A stretch of 64,000 bases of DNA. It comes from Octopus sinensis (taxonomy: Eukaryota). The notes beneath the pieces are model-generated. The model saw only the letters and a list, made by a program, of their open reading frames with translations, was not told the DNA's origin and ran no database searches. Where the stretch lies: assembly GCF_006345805.1 (NCBI RefSeq), contig NC_043021.1, positions 4,278,001-4,342,000 of the forward strand. Direction: 5' to 3'. Position numbers and translations under genes: made by a program. Positions 53,810 through 63,641 of the stretch are shown here, one piece after another. The stretch's first letter is position 1. Every line of letters starts with the position of its first letter.

Positions 53810-54430
53810 TTACTTGTTTCAGTCATTAGACTGCAGCCATGCTGGAGCGCCGCCTTGAAGAATTTTTTAGTCAAATGAATTGACCCCAGTACTTTTTGGC
53901 TTTTAAAAGCCTGGTACTTATTCCAGCAGTTTCTTTTGCTGAACTACTAAGTTATGGGGATGTAAACACACCAACACCAGTTGTCAAGTGGCAGTAGAGG
54001 ATAAACACAGATACAATGGTATATACACACACATTAAGGTGGAGAGCTGGCAGAAACGTTAGCACACCGTGCGAAATGCTTAGCAGTATTTCGTCTGCCA
54101 CTACGTTCTGAGTTCAAATTCCGCCAAGGTCGACTTTGCCATTCACCCTTTCGGCGTCGATAAATTAAGTACCAGTTACGCACTGGGGTCGATATAATCA
54201 ACTTAATCCGTTTGTTTGTCCTTGTTTGTTCTCTCTGTGTTTAGCCCCTTGTGGGTAGTAAAGAAATAGGTATACACACACAACAGGCTTCTTTCAGTCC
54301 CTGTCTACCAAATCTACTCATGAAGCTTCATTCAGCTGAAGCTACAGCGAAAGACATTTTGCTCAAGACAGCACACAGTGGGACTGAACCCATAACCATG
54401 AGGTTGAGGAGCAAGCTTCCTATCACACAG
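53810..54430 (-). mobile_element. Diverged SINE family A copy split by a family C SINE (54035-54272)
   Basis: Tail half 53810-54030 and head half 54272-54430 flank the insert; tatacacacaca is duplicated on both sides. Confidence 0.8.
54035..54272 (+). mobile_element. SINE family C nested in a family A SINE
   Basis: Near-identical to 45021-45252. Confidence 0.9.
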
Positions 54431-54457
54431 CTTCTATTTGACAATACTTTAGACTAT

Positions 54458-54857
54458 ATTAGCAGTATTGCCCGGCGTTGCTCGGGCTTGTAAAGGAAAT
54501 AACTATATAAGCATTTTTAGAGATGTAAAGTATAATAGCCATCTCAATATGGCTAACCACAAAGGGGGGAGGGTGTTACTGTAGCTTTTTAAGTTGAGAT
54601 TTAATAATAAATTTTTTGGAGAGTTACTTCCCTTATATATGCCAATAATGCATTAAAAATGGGAAAAATTGATGGTACGTTTTTTTTTAAATTGCAGACT
54701 CATTGTAGATGCGCGCTAATACCCAGAAGGGCTCGATATGAATCACGACTATAAGATACCCGGTTTTGGTTAAACTGCACCGCAAAATGTGGGAGTAGCT
54801 AGGAATCTAAATCGTAGGAGACAGACAGCACACAACCTTACTTTTATATATAAAGAT
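54458..54857 (+). mobile_element. Second, longer copy of the Helitron/Helentron-like element
   Basis: Aligns to 22625-22931 with about 95 bp extra internal sequence. Confidence 0.65.
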
Positions 54858-55130
54858 TAGCAATGTGGGATCCTTGTTAATATTGGTACAATAAAATCTT
54901 TTTATGTTGGCAGAGAATAAACCAAAAAAAAAACCTTTTATAATTCAAAATAATGAAAATAAATTGCTACCGCAAAATGTCAACACAACCAATGAAAGTA
55001 TGAATTACTAATAAACGTAGGGTTTTATTACATTGTGAGCAAAATAAGGAGGGTTATTTGCAATCAATAACTAAAGTATTACTGTAGCTATTTGTATGGA
55101 CTTGAAACCAGGATAGTCTATAAAGCTTAA

Positions 55131-55933
55131 CCCTTTGGTTACTAACCCGGCTGAAACCGGCTCTGGCTCTATAGTACAAATGTCTTGTTTTCATAAGTTT
55201 TGAATTAAAATCTTCCACCAAACCTTAGTCACAATTTATGTTCCTAACACTAGCTTAATGATAACGAAGTTATTTTACTAAATTCTTTGTTATCATCATC
55301 ATCATCGTTTAACGTCCGTTTTCCGCGCCAGCACGGGTTGGACGGTTCAACTGGGGTCTGGGAAGCCAGAAGGCTTCATCAGGCTCCAGTCTGATCTGGC
55401 AGTGTTTCTACAGCTGGATGCCCTTCCTAACGCCAACCACTACGCGAGTGTAGTGGGTGCTTTTTACGTGCCACCTGCACAGGTGCCAGGGGGGTCTGGC
55501 ATCGGCCACGATCGGTTGGTGCTTTTAACATGCCACCGGCACGGAAGCCAGCCAAGGCAGCGCTGGCATCGGCCACGTTCGGATGGTGCTTTTTATGTGC
55601 CACCGGCACAGAAGCCAGTCGAGGCAGCACTGGCATTGGCCACGTTCGGATGGTGCTTTTTATGTGCCACCGGCACAGAAGCCAGTCGAGGCGGCACTGG
55701 CATTGGCCACGTTCGGATGGAGCTTTTTATGTGCCACTGGCACAGAAGCCAGTCAAGGCGGCGCTGGCATTGGCCACGTTCGGATGGTGCTTTTTATGTG
55801 CCACCGGCACAGAAGCCAGTCGAGGCGGCGCTTATCATCATCATCATCGTTTAACGTCCGTTTTCCGCGCTAATATTTTAAAATAATTGAAAGAAACACA
55901 CAGCATCTCAAAATAAATCCAGTAACGAAAGGG
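55131..55933. mobile_element. piggyBac-like MITE, second copy, interrupted by a family B SINE
   Basis: TTAA-ccctttggttac ... gtaacgaaaggg-TTAA; both halves align to 7671-7892. Confidence 0.9.
55290..55870 (-). mobile_element. SINE family B with five 67-bp units, nested in a piggyBac-like MITE
   Basis: ggccacg at 55504, 55571, 55638, 55705, 55772; identical 39-nt sequence at both ends. Confidence 0.9.
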
Positions 55934-56019
55934 TTAAGCTGACAAGTTACATGCATATATGATGAGACAGCAATGAGGAATTTTGAATATTGCTCTCTTT
56001 GGGAAGATCACGAAGGAAG

Positions 56020-56200
56020 AGAAGTTACAATGTGCAGGTCTGCCTCCTATAATGGAAATCCTCAATGATAGAAATTTATGTTGGTTGGGTCACGTACAAC
56101 AGACTCCCTAAACAAATCCTTGACTCCCAAGCATGCAAGGGGGGAAAAGACCTAGATTGAAATTCAAAGATACAGCAATAAGGAATATGAAGGAATAATA
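56020..56200 (+). mobile_element. RTE LINE C-terminal fragment
   Basis: AGLPPIMEILNDRNLCWLGHV...RLPKQIL...RPRLKFKD, frameshifted. Confidence 0.7.
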
Positions 56201-56745
56201 AGCTGCCGGACGAGATGGTGAAGATGCCGACGACCGCTCGGTTCAAAGTCTCCCTTGACCTCAAGTGGCCTGAACTCTTTACATGAACACCACCCTGTAC
56301 ATAACTCCATGTCCCCCTACATGGCCTTGCTTTTTGCTTTTTGAGCCAAAAAATTAACTAACTAACATGAAGTGGAAAGAAATTAATAGGTGCAGGCATG
56401 GCTGTGTGGTAATAAGTATGCTTCTCAACCACGTGGTTCCAGGTTCAGTCCCACTGTGTGGCAATTTGGGCAAGTGTCTTCTGCTATAATTTTGTGCTGA
56501 TGAAAACATTATGGACTTTCTGGGATTGTAATTCAATGATCTGTTGAATTTTCTGGATAAATTCATGTGTTCTGATGATTTCAGAGTGTTTAGAATGCTT
56601 TTTATGCTTTGATACTGGTGATACGCTTCCATCTTCAGCTTCTAGCTCCTTACAAACTTTGTAGACAAAAGATTTGGCAACTTTAAAAAATCAAGATATT
56701 TCTATATCGCTATGCTCAGCCTTTATAACCATAATAACAGCATAC

Positions 56746-56787
56746 CTCTTCATTTCTTGAGTAAGCTGAGGGTCTGCGATTATTATT
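56746..56787 (-). CDS. RIMBP: Small in-frame exon (42 nt, phase 0-0), probably of the same gene
   Basis: Acceptor ttatctttgtttcag, donor GAG|gtatgc. Open frame NNNRRPSAYSRNEE; phase-compatible with both flanking exons. Confidence 0.6.
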
Positions 56788-57611
56788 CTGAAACAAAGAT
56801 AATCTGAATGCTAAAGCGTTAATGGCATGCGTGTCTGTGGAGTGCTCAGCCACTTGCAATGTTAATTTTTTGAGCAGGCTGTTCCAATGACTAGACCAAC
56901 TGGAAAACTCATTGTAAGCAACAAAGTGAAGAGGTACAGTTGACATATTCAGGAAATTAGTCGTAGAAATTGTTCAATTTGTTCTAAGACGGAGAATAAC
57001 CAACCAACTTAATCAGGCAGGTACCCAAAAACAGTGTTAACCAACAGAATACCCTAGTTGTACTCACACTTGATTTATGTTTCCCACTCCTTTTTTCCCT
57101 TATTCACCCACCTTGTCTTCTTTTTTTCACTTTCTCATACATTCTCTCTTTTCCCGTGTCACCTGTCCTTGCTCATTCTCTCAGGTAAAAGAGGGGGAGG
57201 AGGAAGATAAGGAAAGGAAAGAGTACGACAGAATACTAAAAAGGAGGAAAATGACAAGTATTAAGATAAAATAAAACAACTGAAATATGAATAAAGTTCT
57301 CACCACCTTCACTGGTAATCTAATGATCACAAAAGGTACATGGAACTCTTTCATTCTGTGCATGTGTGTTTATGAGTTTGTGTGTGTGAAAGAATAGCTG
57401 CTCATGACTATATATAACTTTATTTGCCCATGGTACAATGCAGTGGGTATAGAACCTGTGTATGTATATATTCATATGTATATGTATACGTGTGTGTGTA
57501 TATATATATAGTTAATCCAAACATGAAAACACAAAGAGAAAACACAACAACGCGAGCACATGGAACAGGTATAGTATTATTGGACGCTCGGGAAGGAAGG
57601 GAAGAAGGAGG

Positions 57612-57646
57612 GTTTAACGTTTCGAGTGGAGCTCTTCGTTGGAAAC
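57612..57646 (-). ncRNA. Degenerate minimal hammerhead (Penelope pLTR type)
   Basis: GTTT-CCAACGA-A-GAG-CTCCA-CTC-GAAA-C-GTT-AAAC. The CUGANGA core carries two substitutions; palindromic AACGTT stem III. Confidence 0.5.
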
Positions 57647-57764
57647 ATAGGAGAAGGAAAGATCCAGAGAAGGGAAGACAGAGGAAAAGATCGCCAACGG
57701 TACACACGCAGTCACACATACACATACAATTCTTTTTCCCAAATACATTGCACTTCATATTCAA

Positions 57765-57803
57765 GGCTCTGATGAAGCAATAGAGCAAAAACAGTTGTAA
57801 GCT
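57765..57803 (+). ncRNA. Degenerate hammerhead, same family as 13705-13785
   Basis: GGCT-CTGATGA-AGCAATAGAGCA-AAAA-C-AGTT-GTA-AGCT. Flanks atattcaagg and gaagttcataa...gtcatttcattttct are shared with the 13.7 kb copy. Confidence 0.55.
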
Positions 57804-58759
57804 AATGAAGTTCATAATTATATTATGTTTTTAACTTGTCATTTCATTTTCTTTTATATATAAGTTGTCTAAGAATTTCACTAGTCAGAATTCATAAGTC
57901 ACCATATATTTTTCCATGCCTACCATCTCTGAAGAGCACACGGTCTTAGTTAAACGACCGGTTACCTAGTATACAGTGCAAAACTGACCGATAAGATCAG
58001 CTGAAATGGATTTATAATACTGTATACTTTGTTTAACATACGTGAAATGACAGACAGATAAGCAGTAACAAGAAAACAAGTTTTCAGACAAGGTAACTTA
58101 ATTAAATGTTGGTGGACTGAACAAACTTATCACCTGTTACAGATGATTTTATTTTTCTTTGTTTATTGATTACATTAGTAATTATGATTTACATTTTGAA
58201 TTTTTCTTTGGTATGTTCACTTCTCTTTAGCTACCGCCACCACCACCACCATCACAACAATTAGTATTCATTTTTATTATATTATTTGTAAGTGCTGTTG
58301 TTGCCACTTAACTAAAGCAACTCAATAACATGATGGAGATATCGGTAAATCATGTGGTTATAAACGTAAATGAACATATTATATCACAATCAATACACAC
58401 AAGACACAGAACATTAAGACACAAATAAAATTCCAACTCAAAAGCGAAACCTGAAGATGGAAGAGAGAACAGTGAGGTGGGGACAATACAGTATTATATA
58501 TATATATAAATATACATATATAAGGAATTTCTTGGGTTTTATTTCTCTGTGTATTTATGTTTGTGTGCTTGTGTGTGTGTATAAATATGTGTGTGTGTGT
58601 GTGCGTGTGGGTGAAGACAAGTGATCTGTGTTATCTACTGCAATTAGAAGTAAACCTAAGCCAAAAGTGTACCCAAGCCAAGGGTAAAAGCATACCCAAG
58701 TTGAAAGTGAACCCAAGTCAAAAATAGATGTGTGTAAATGTACACAATTAAGGTTAGAG

Positions 58760-59040
58760 GAATGGATGGAGAGAGTGGGGTGATGGATGTATAAATAGAT
58801 AGATAAAACAGACAAGCAAGACAGAGAGAATGAGCGACAGACCAACAGACAAACATAGATAGATAGGACAGACAAATAGGAAGATAGAGAAGACATAGAC
58901 AGACTAACAGACAGACAGAACAATAGACAGACAGAACAACAGATAGGACAGAACAAGCCACACAGAATGACAGATAGATAGATAAATAGATAGATAGATA
59001 GGTAGGTAGGTAGGCAGGTAGGTAGGTAGATTGACCGACT
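58760..59040. repeat. Degenerate (GACA/GATA/GGTA)n block
   Basis: Visible directly. Confidence 0.9.
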
Positions 59041-59775
59041 GACGGACAAACAGATGTCATCAGTTCTTGGACTATTTGTACTATGATTGTGTTATTGAAC
59101 ATAAAAACAGTCAATGAGACAGCCGACAATGAGTCAGTCTACAGATAAGTTTCGTGTTATCTACTTGTGTTGATTATTATATGATGTTTAATGGTAGTAT
59201 ATCAGAACGTTTCTGTTGTTTTATGACTACCAAATTTCACATGCTTTGCAACAAATTTCACCAAACATGTTTCGCAACAAGTTTCACCTAAAGCTTTGTA
59301 GATCTGTTACTGAGGTCCTTAAAATGCTTCATCAAACTTCTGATGACATTATGTTCAAACACAAGATTTTGTGTCTTCCACTAAAATCCTTGGTTCAACC
59401 AAAAACCTTGTGAGTGGATTTGGTAGACAGAAACTGAAAGAAACTCATCATATAAAAATTGCAAATGTCACACATGTTAAAACTTTAGCTGTGAAATTAA
59501 ATTTCATGGTTATTCCTGTAATGATAAGTATTAATCAATAATTAGAATTGGTATTTTTGGCAAGGCACACTGCCTCTGTAAACTTGACATATCTCAACAG
59601 AAAATCATTTCAAATATGACAGTCTTTAACAAAAGATAGATTAGTATGTAAAACTGCTTTCTGCTGACAAGGATAATGAAATTTTGAGTGTATGTATGTG
59701 ATTTCGATATGGTAACATATCGGCTCAAGATGAACATCCAGGATGACCAAACACTGGCAAAGTATATATAGGAGC

Positions 59776-60087
59776 ACTCCGTCGGTTACGACAATGAGGG
59801 TCCCAGCTGATACGATCACCGGAACAGCTTGCTCGTGGAATTAACGTGCAAGTGACTGAGCAATCCACGTGTACCCCTAACGTAGTTCTCAGGGAGATTC
59901 AGCGTGACACAGAGTGTGACAAGGCCGGCCCTTTGAAATACAGGTACAACTCATTTTTGACAGCTGAGTGAACTGGAGCAACATGAAATAAAGTGTCTTG
60001 CTCAAGGACACAACGCATCGCCGGGAATCGAACTCACGACCTTACAATCGTCAGTCGAATGCCCTAACCACTAAGCCACGCGCTTTC
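59776..60087 (-). mobile_element. SINE with family D body and tail but a different tRNA + CORE-like head
   Basis: Head tggcttagtggttagggc...gagttcgattccc...gtgtccttgagcaagacactt, joined at gtacctgtatttcaaagggccgg to the D body. Confidence 0.82.
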
Positions 60088-60249
60088 ACACTGGCAAAGT
60101 ATCTCTGTAGCAGACTTCTTAAGTTCAATGCAAAATTTCACATTGAATCTTTGTTCCAACTTCCTGTTCATGACAAAATCGCAGACTACAGTCTACATGT
60201 GATCACAAAAACACAAAGTTCTCAATTTGCAAAGTAAGCATGACGTCAC

Positions 60250-60362
60250 TCGGCTCACTGCTTCATGAAGGTCACTGCAAGCTCTCACTACACATGCAAC
60301 CATGTGCTCCAATCTGTTGGTGTGCTACAGAACTAGCCTAGGAACTTTTTGACAAGTTCTCT
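60250..60362 (-). mobile_element. Mariner-like left end fragment
   Basis: Reverse complement aligns with 7324-7430 (caaaaagttcc.....tagttctgtagca..ccaacag...gtgagagct.gcagtgac). Confidence 0.6.
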
Positions 60363-60683
60363 AATGTAATAATCCTTACCAATTGGATTTACTGGATTTC
60401 GACTGCATCAGACTATACTTTACATCCCATTGTTTTGTTTTGGTTTACTGTGGTTTGTAATTTGATCCATGAGTACCACTGGATGGTTTAAAGCCATATA
60501 ATGTCCATTAATATATTGTGTGGACTAAGATCCCTGTTGACAGGCCGCTAGTATTTATAGAGTGTTAAACTCTTTAATATGCAAATTAGGGACTTCTTCA
60601 TAGAGTAGCTGCTGCATTTGTTGAGTATATAAACAGTTTGGCATCTTGTTTCTTGGGAGACTGTCAGAATGATGTGGACGCTG

Positions 60684-60720
60684 CTGATGAGAACCCAATA
60701 ATGTTCGAAAATCAATTAAG
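60684..60720 (+). ncRNA. Hammerhead-like core with perfect stem II
   Basis: CTGATGA-GAAC-ccaataat-GTTC-GAAA-atcaatta. Canonical G10.1-C11.1 pair; stem I not convincingly formed. Confidence 0.45.
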
Positions 60721-60813
60721 GTTGTTCATCATTTTTTCAGTCTGCGAAGAAAAGGCTAAAATTTGCCCTGTTAATAATTATACCATATGTTATATATATA
60801 TATATATATATTG

Positions 60814-61119
60814 TTGTATTTCGGGATAGTCACTGAAGTGGGGGGGGAACAAATAAACACAAGCACTTTATATTCGTACTTCACTGATTTATTACTGTTC
60901 TTATTCTAACTCATGTCCATTGTCTGGAAATCTTTCGTCACACACCTGTGACCTCCTCAGCAACACACTGTCTTCGTGTGTGCTCTTGCTCTGCTTATTC
61001 CATTCTTTTCCAGACAATGGACATGAGTTAGAATAAGAACAGTAATAAATGGGTGAAGAACAAATATAAAGTGCATGTGTTTATTTGCCCCCCCCCCCCA
61101 AGACTATCCCGAAATACAA
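60814..61119. mobile_element. Fold-back element with ~115-bp inverted arms (60814-60930 / 61007-61119), probably Penelope-derived
   Basis: Arms are reverse complements, from ttgtatttcgggatagtc...gactatcccgaaatacaa to catgtccattgtctggaaa...ttccagacaatggacatg. Confidence 0.8.
60922..60966 (-). ncRNA. Hammerhead-like motif in the loop of a long inverted repeat
   Basis: TGTTG-CTGAGGA-G-GTCAC-aggtgt-GTGAC-GAAA-GATTTC-CAGACA. Intact core, 5-bp stem II, imperfect stems I and III. Confidence 0.5.
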
Positions 61120-61223
61120 AATCTGCTTCAACACACAACTTCACATAAGGAATCTTGGCAACACAAATTCATATATATATATATATATATATATGATTTT
61201 TGTGTTTGTGTGTGTATACATAC

Positions 61224-61355
61224 CTTGAGGTTTTGCTGCTGTAGAATCTTTGCTTTGTCCTCTAGTCTTCGAGCAACAGCTGCTAATTCTGCATTTCTCT
61301 TACGGAAGGACTTTAGCTTTTCTTCACGAGATTTGTAATCTTCTTGTTTCCTTTT
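61224..61355 (-). CDS. RIMBP: RIM-binding-protein-like gene, coding exon (132 nt, phase 0-0)
   Basis: Acceptor ttatttgtgtag, donor AAG|gtatgt. Translates KRKQEDYKSREEKLKSFRKRNAELAAVARRLEDKAKILQQQNLK, resembling my recollection of the TSPOAP1/RIMBP coiled-coil motif KNAELAVIAKRLEERARKLQETNL. Confidence 0.85.
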
Positions 61356-61499
61356 CTACACAAATAATAAAATGAAACAAATTAGTATGACACACACATG
61401 TATAATTATAAACAGAATCTGCAATGAAAATATCTGTTTTTTGTCAAATCATCAAACAGCCAGTCGACGTTCTTTGAATGGTCTTATAGTTTCTTTTCT

Positions 61500-61885
61500 T
61501 CCACCTTCTACTTGTTTCAGTCAAAGGACCGCAATCAGATTGGAGCATCACTTTGAAGAGTTTTAGTCAAATACATCGACTTCAGTACTTATTTTTAAGA
61601 CTGGTACATGGTTCTACTGGTCTCTTTTGCCAAACTGCTAAGTTATTGGGATGTAAACAAACTAACACTGGTTATTTATTAAGCAGAGGAGTCAAACACA
61701 GACACAAAAACACACACTCACACACACACGATAGGCTTCCACACAGTTTCCTTCTACCAAATTCACTCACAAGGCGTTGGTCAGCCGAGAGCTACTGTAG
61801 AAGACATTTACCTAAGGTGCTGTGCATCGGGACTGAACCCCAAGACCATATGGTGACAAAGTGCACTTCTTATCCAAACAGCCAA
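61500..61885 (-). mobile_element. Diverged SINE family A copy
   Basis: Recognisable tail, central and head motifs with many substitutions. Confidence 0.75.
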
Positions 61886-62574
61886 TGGGAGTTCCATTGT
61901 GTCAAGATTGTACTGGAGTAAATATGGTCGTTATTAACGATGCATAAAAAGAATTGTAATGCAAAAGGGGAGAAAGAAAAAGGAAAAGAAACCAGAAAAT
62001 GAAACAGACTGCTAAAAGTGTATTATGACCCAAATTTCTGACATGGCATCACTAATCAATCAATATTCAACATTTATCTGAACTCATTCCCTGAGCAGAC
62101 AATATGGCTAAGTTTACAGTCTGTTCATATAATCATATTACTAAAGCAGGCCACCCCTGCTGACTTTGCTGGATATATGATGTATTATTAATATGTTTAG
62201 TTACACGTATTGCATAAGAGCTCTCAGGTGACAACAAATATACTATATATATACACAAGCTCACACAGACTCATCATCATCATCATCATCATCGATTTAA
62301 TGTCCACTTCTTCCATGATCGCACGGGATCAAAGCGAGTTTATTGATGTAGATTTTCTACATTCAGATACATTTCCCGTCAACAATCCTCATCTGTTTGA
62401 AGCAAGGTAATATTTTCCCATGACCAGATTACTGGAAATGAGTGGCACAGCTTGTATAACTGCTACACCCATTTACAACTATGGCACAATGTCGAGACAG
62501 GGAGACACACATATACATACACAATGAACTTCTATCAGTTTCTATGTACCAAATTCACATCCAGTCCACGCTAT

Positions 62575-63015
62575 AAAGTGGTTGGTGCCTGTAAAAATCA
62601 TGCCAAACCAGACCTCACCAGTGCTGGTTCCACAGAAAAAGCACTGTCTACTGTAGGGTGGTTGGTGTTAGAAAGGGTATCCAGCTGAAAAAACCATGTC
62701 AAAGTAGACCTCACTAGTGCTGGTGCCACATAAAAAGCATCTAAGCCATTCTGTAAAGTGGTTGACATTAGGAAGGGCATGCAGATCTAAAAACCATACC
62801 AAAACAGACCATGCTGGTGCCACAAAAAAGCACTGTCCATTCTGTAAGGTGGTTGATGTTAGGAAGGGTATCCAGCAGAAAAAAATATGCCAAGGCAGAC
62901 CTCGCTAGTGCTGGTGCCACATAAAAAGCATCCAAGCCATTCTGTAAAGTGGTTGACATTAGGAAGGGCATGCAGATCTAAAAAACCATACCGAAAGAGA
63001 CCATGCTGGTGCCAT
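62575..63015 (+). repeat. Tandem array of the family B central domain (alternating 100/91-bp units)
   Basis: gtggttg...ttaggaagggcat units start at 62658, 62758, 62849, 62949. Confidence 0.8.
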
Positions 63016-63059
63016 AGTAACGAAGCTGAAGCACACAGAGTAAAGCTCCTAGGCACAGG

Positions 63060-63640
63060 CTGACTTTCAACGCTACTGTGCATGCACACTAAGTTTTAAC
63101 GTTTTAGCTCACTTCCACTGTTTACAGCAGTGCTTGGAAGGAAGGTGTGTAGTGTGTGATCATTGCACTGATTTACAGCAGTGCTTGGAAGGAAGGTGTG
63201 TAGTGTGTGATCATTGCACTGACCATGGCAGAGAAAGCTGAGCAGAGAACCTGCATTACATTTTGCCAAAAGCTTGGTGACACCTGCTCAGAGGCCTATG
63301 CAAAGTTTTCAAAAAGTTTTCATCATTCGTGACAGCATCAAGGAGATCTTCTGCAACTGAAACCCGAGTGTCTTTTTGGTCAGCTGAAAGCAGTTTTGGC
63401 ACAAACTTGGCAGACATGCATCTCATACCCAACTCTTCAGTTATAATGGACTGAACTGAACCGTAACTGTACATCCTCTGATAATTCACGGATGGTGATT
63501 CAACAATTTCTCCTCACAGCTGCATGCACATCTGCAATGATTTTCTCAGTTCCACTGGTTGCAGGTCTCCCCAGAACATTCATCAATATTGGCATCTTTG
63601 CAGCCATCTTGGAAACATCTGTACCACTCGTACATTTGTG
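63060..63640. pseudogene. Mariner transposase relic with internal inversion
   Basis: Plus strand 63225-63310 MAEKAEQRTCITFCQKLGDTCSEAYAK; minus strand 63640-63305 TQMYEWYRCFQDG...GRPATS...EELGMRCMSAKFVPKLLSADQK. Confidence 0.85.
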
Positions 63641-63641
63641 T

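Noticed and set aside
55402-55886. Overlapping repetitive ORFs (GAFYVPPAQ repeats), also at 23242 and 30622
   Set aside because: Recurrent translations of SINE family B.
60015-60087. tRNA gene (also 63645-63715 and 51480-51555)
   Set aside because: A and B boxes are present, but there is no complete acceptor stem and the sequence continues into a SINE body.
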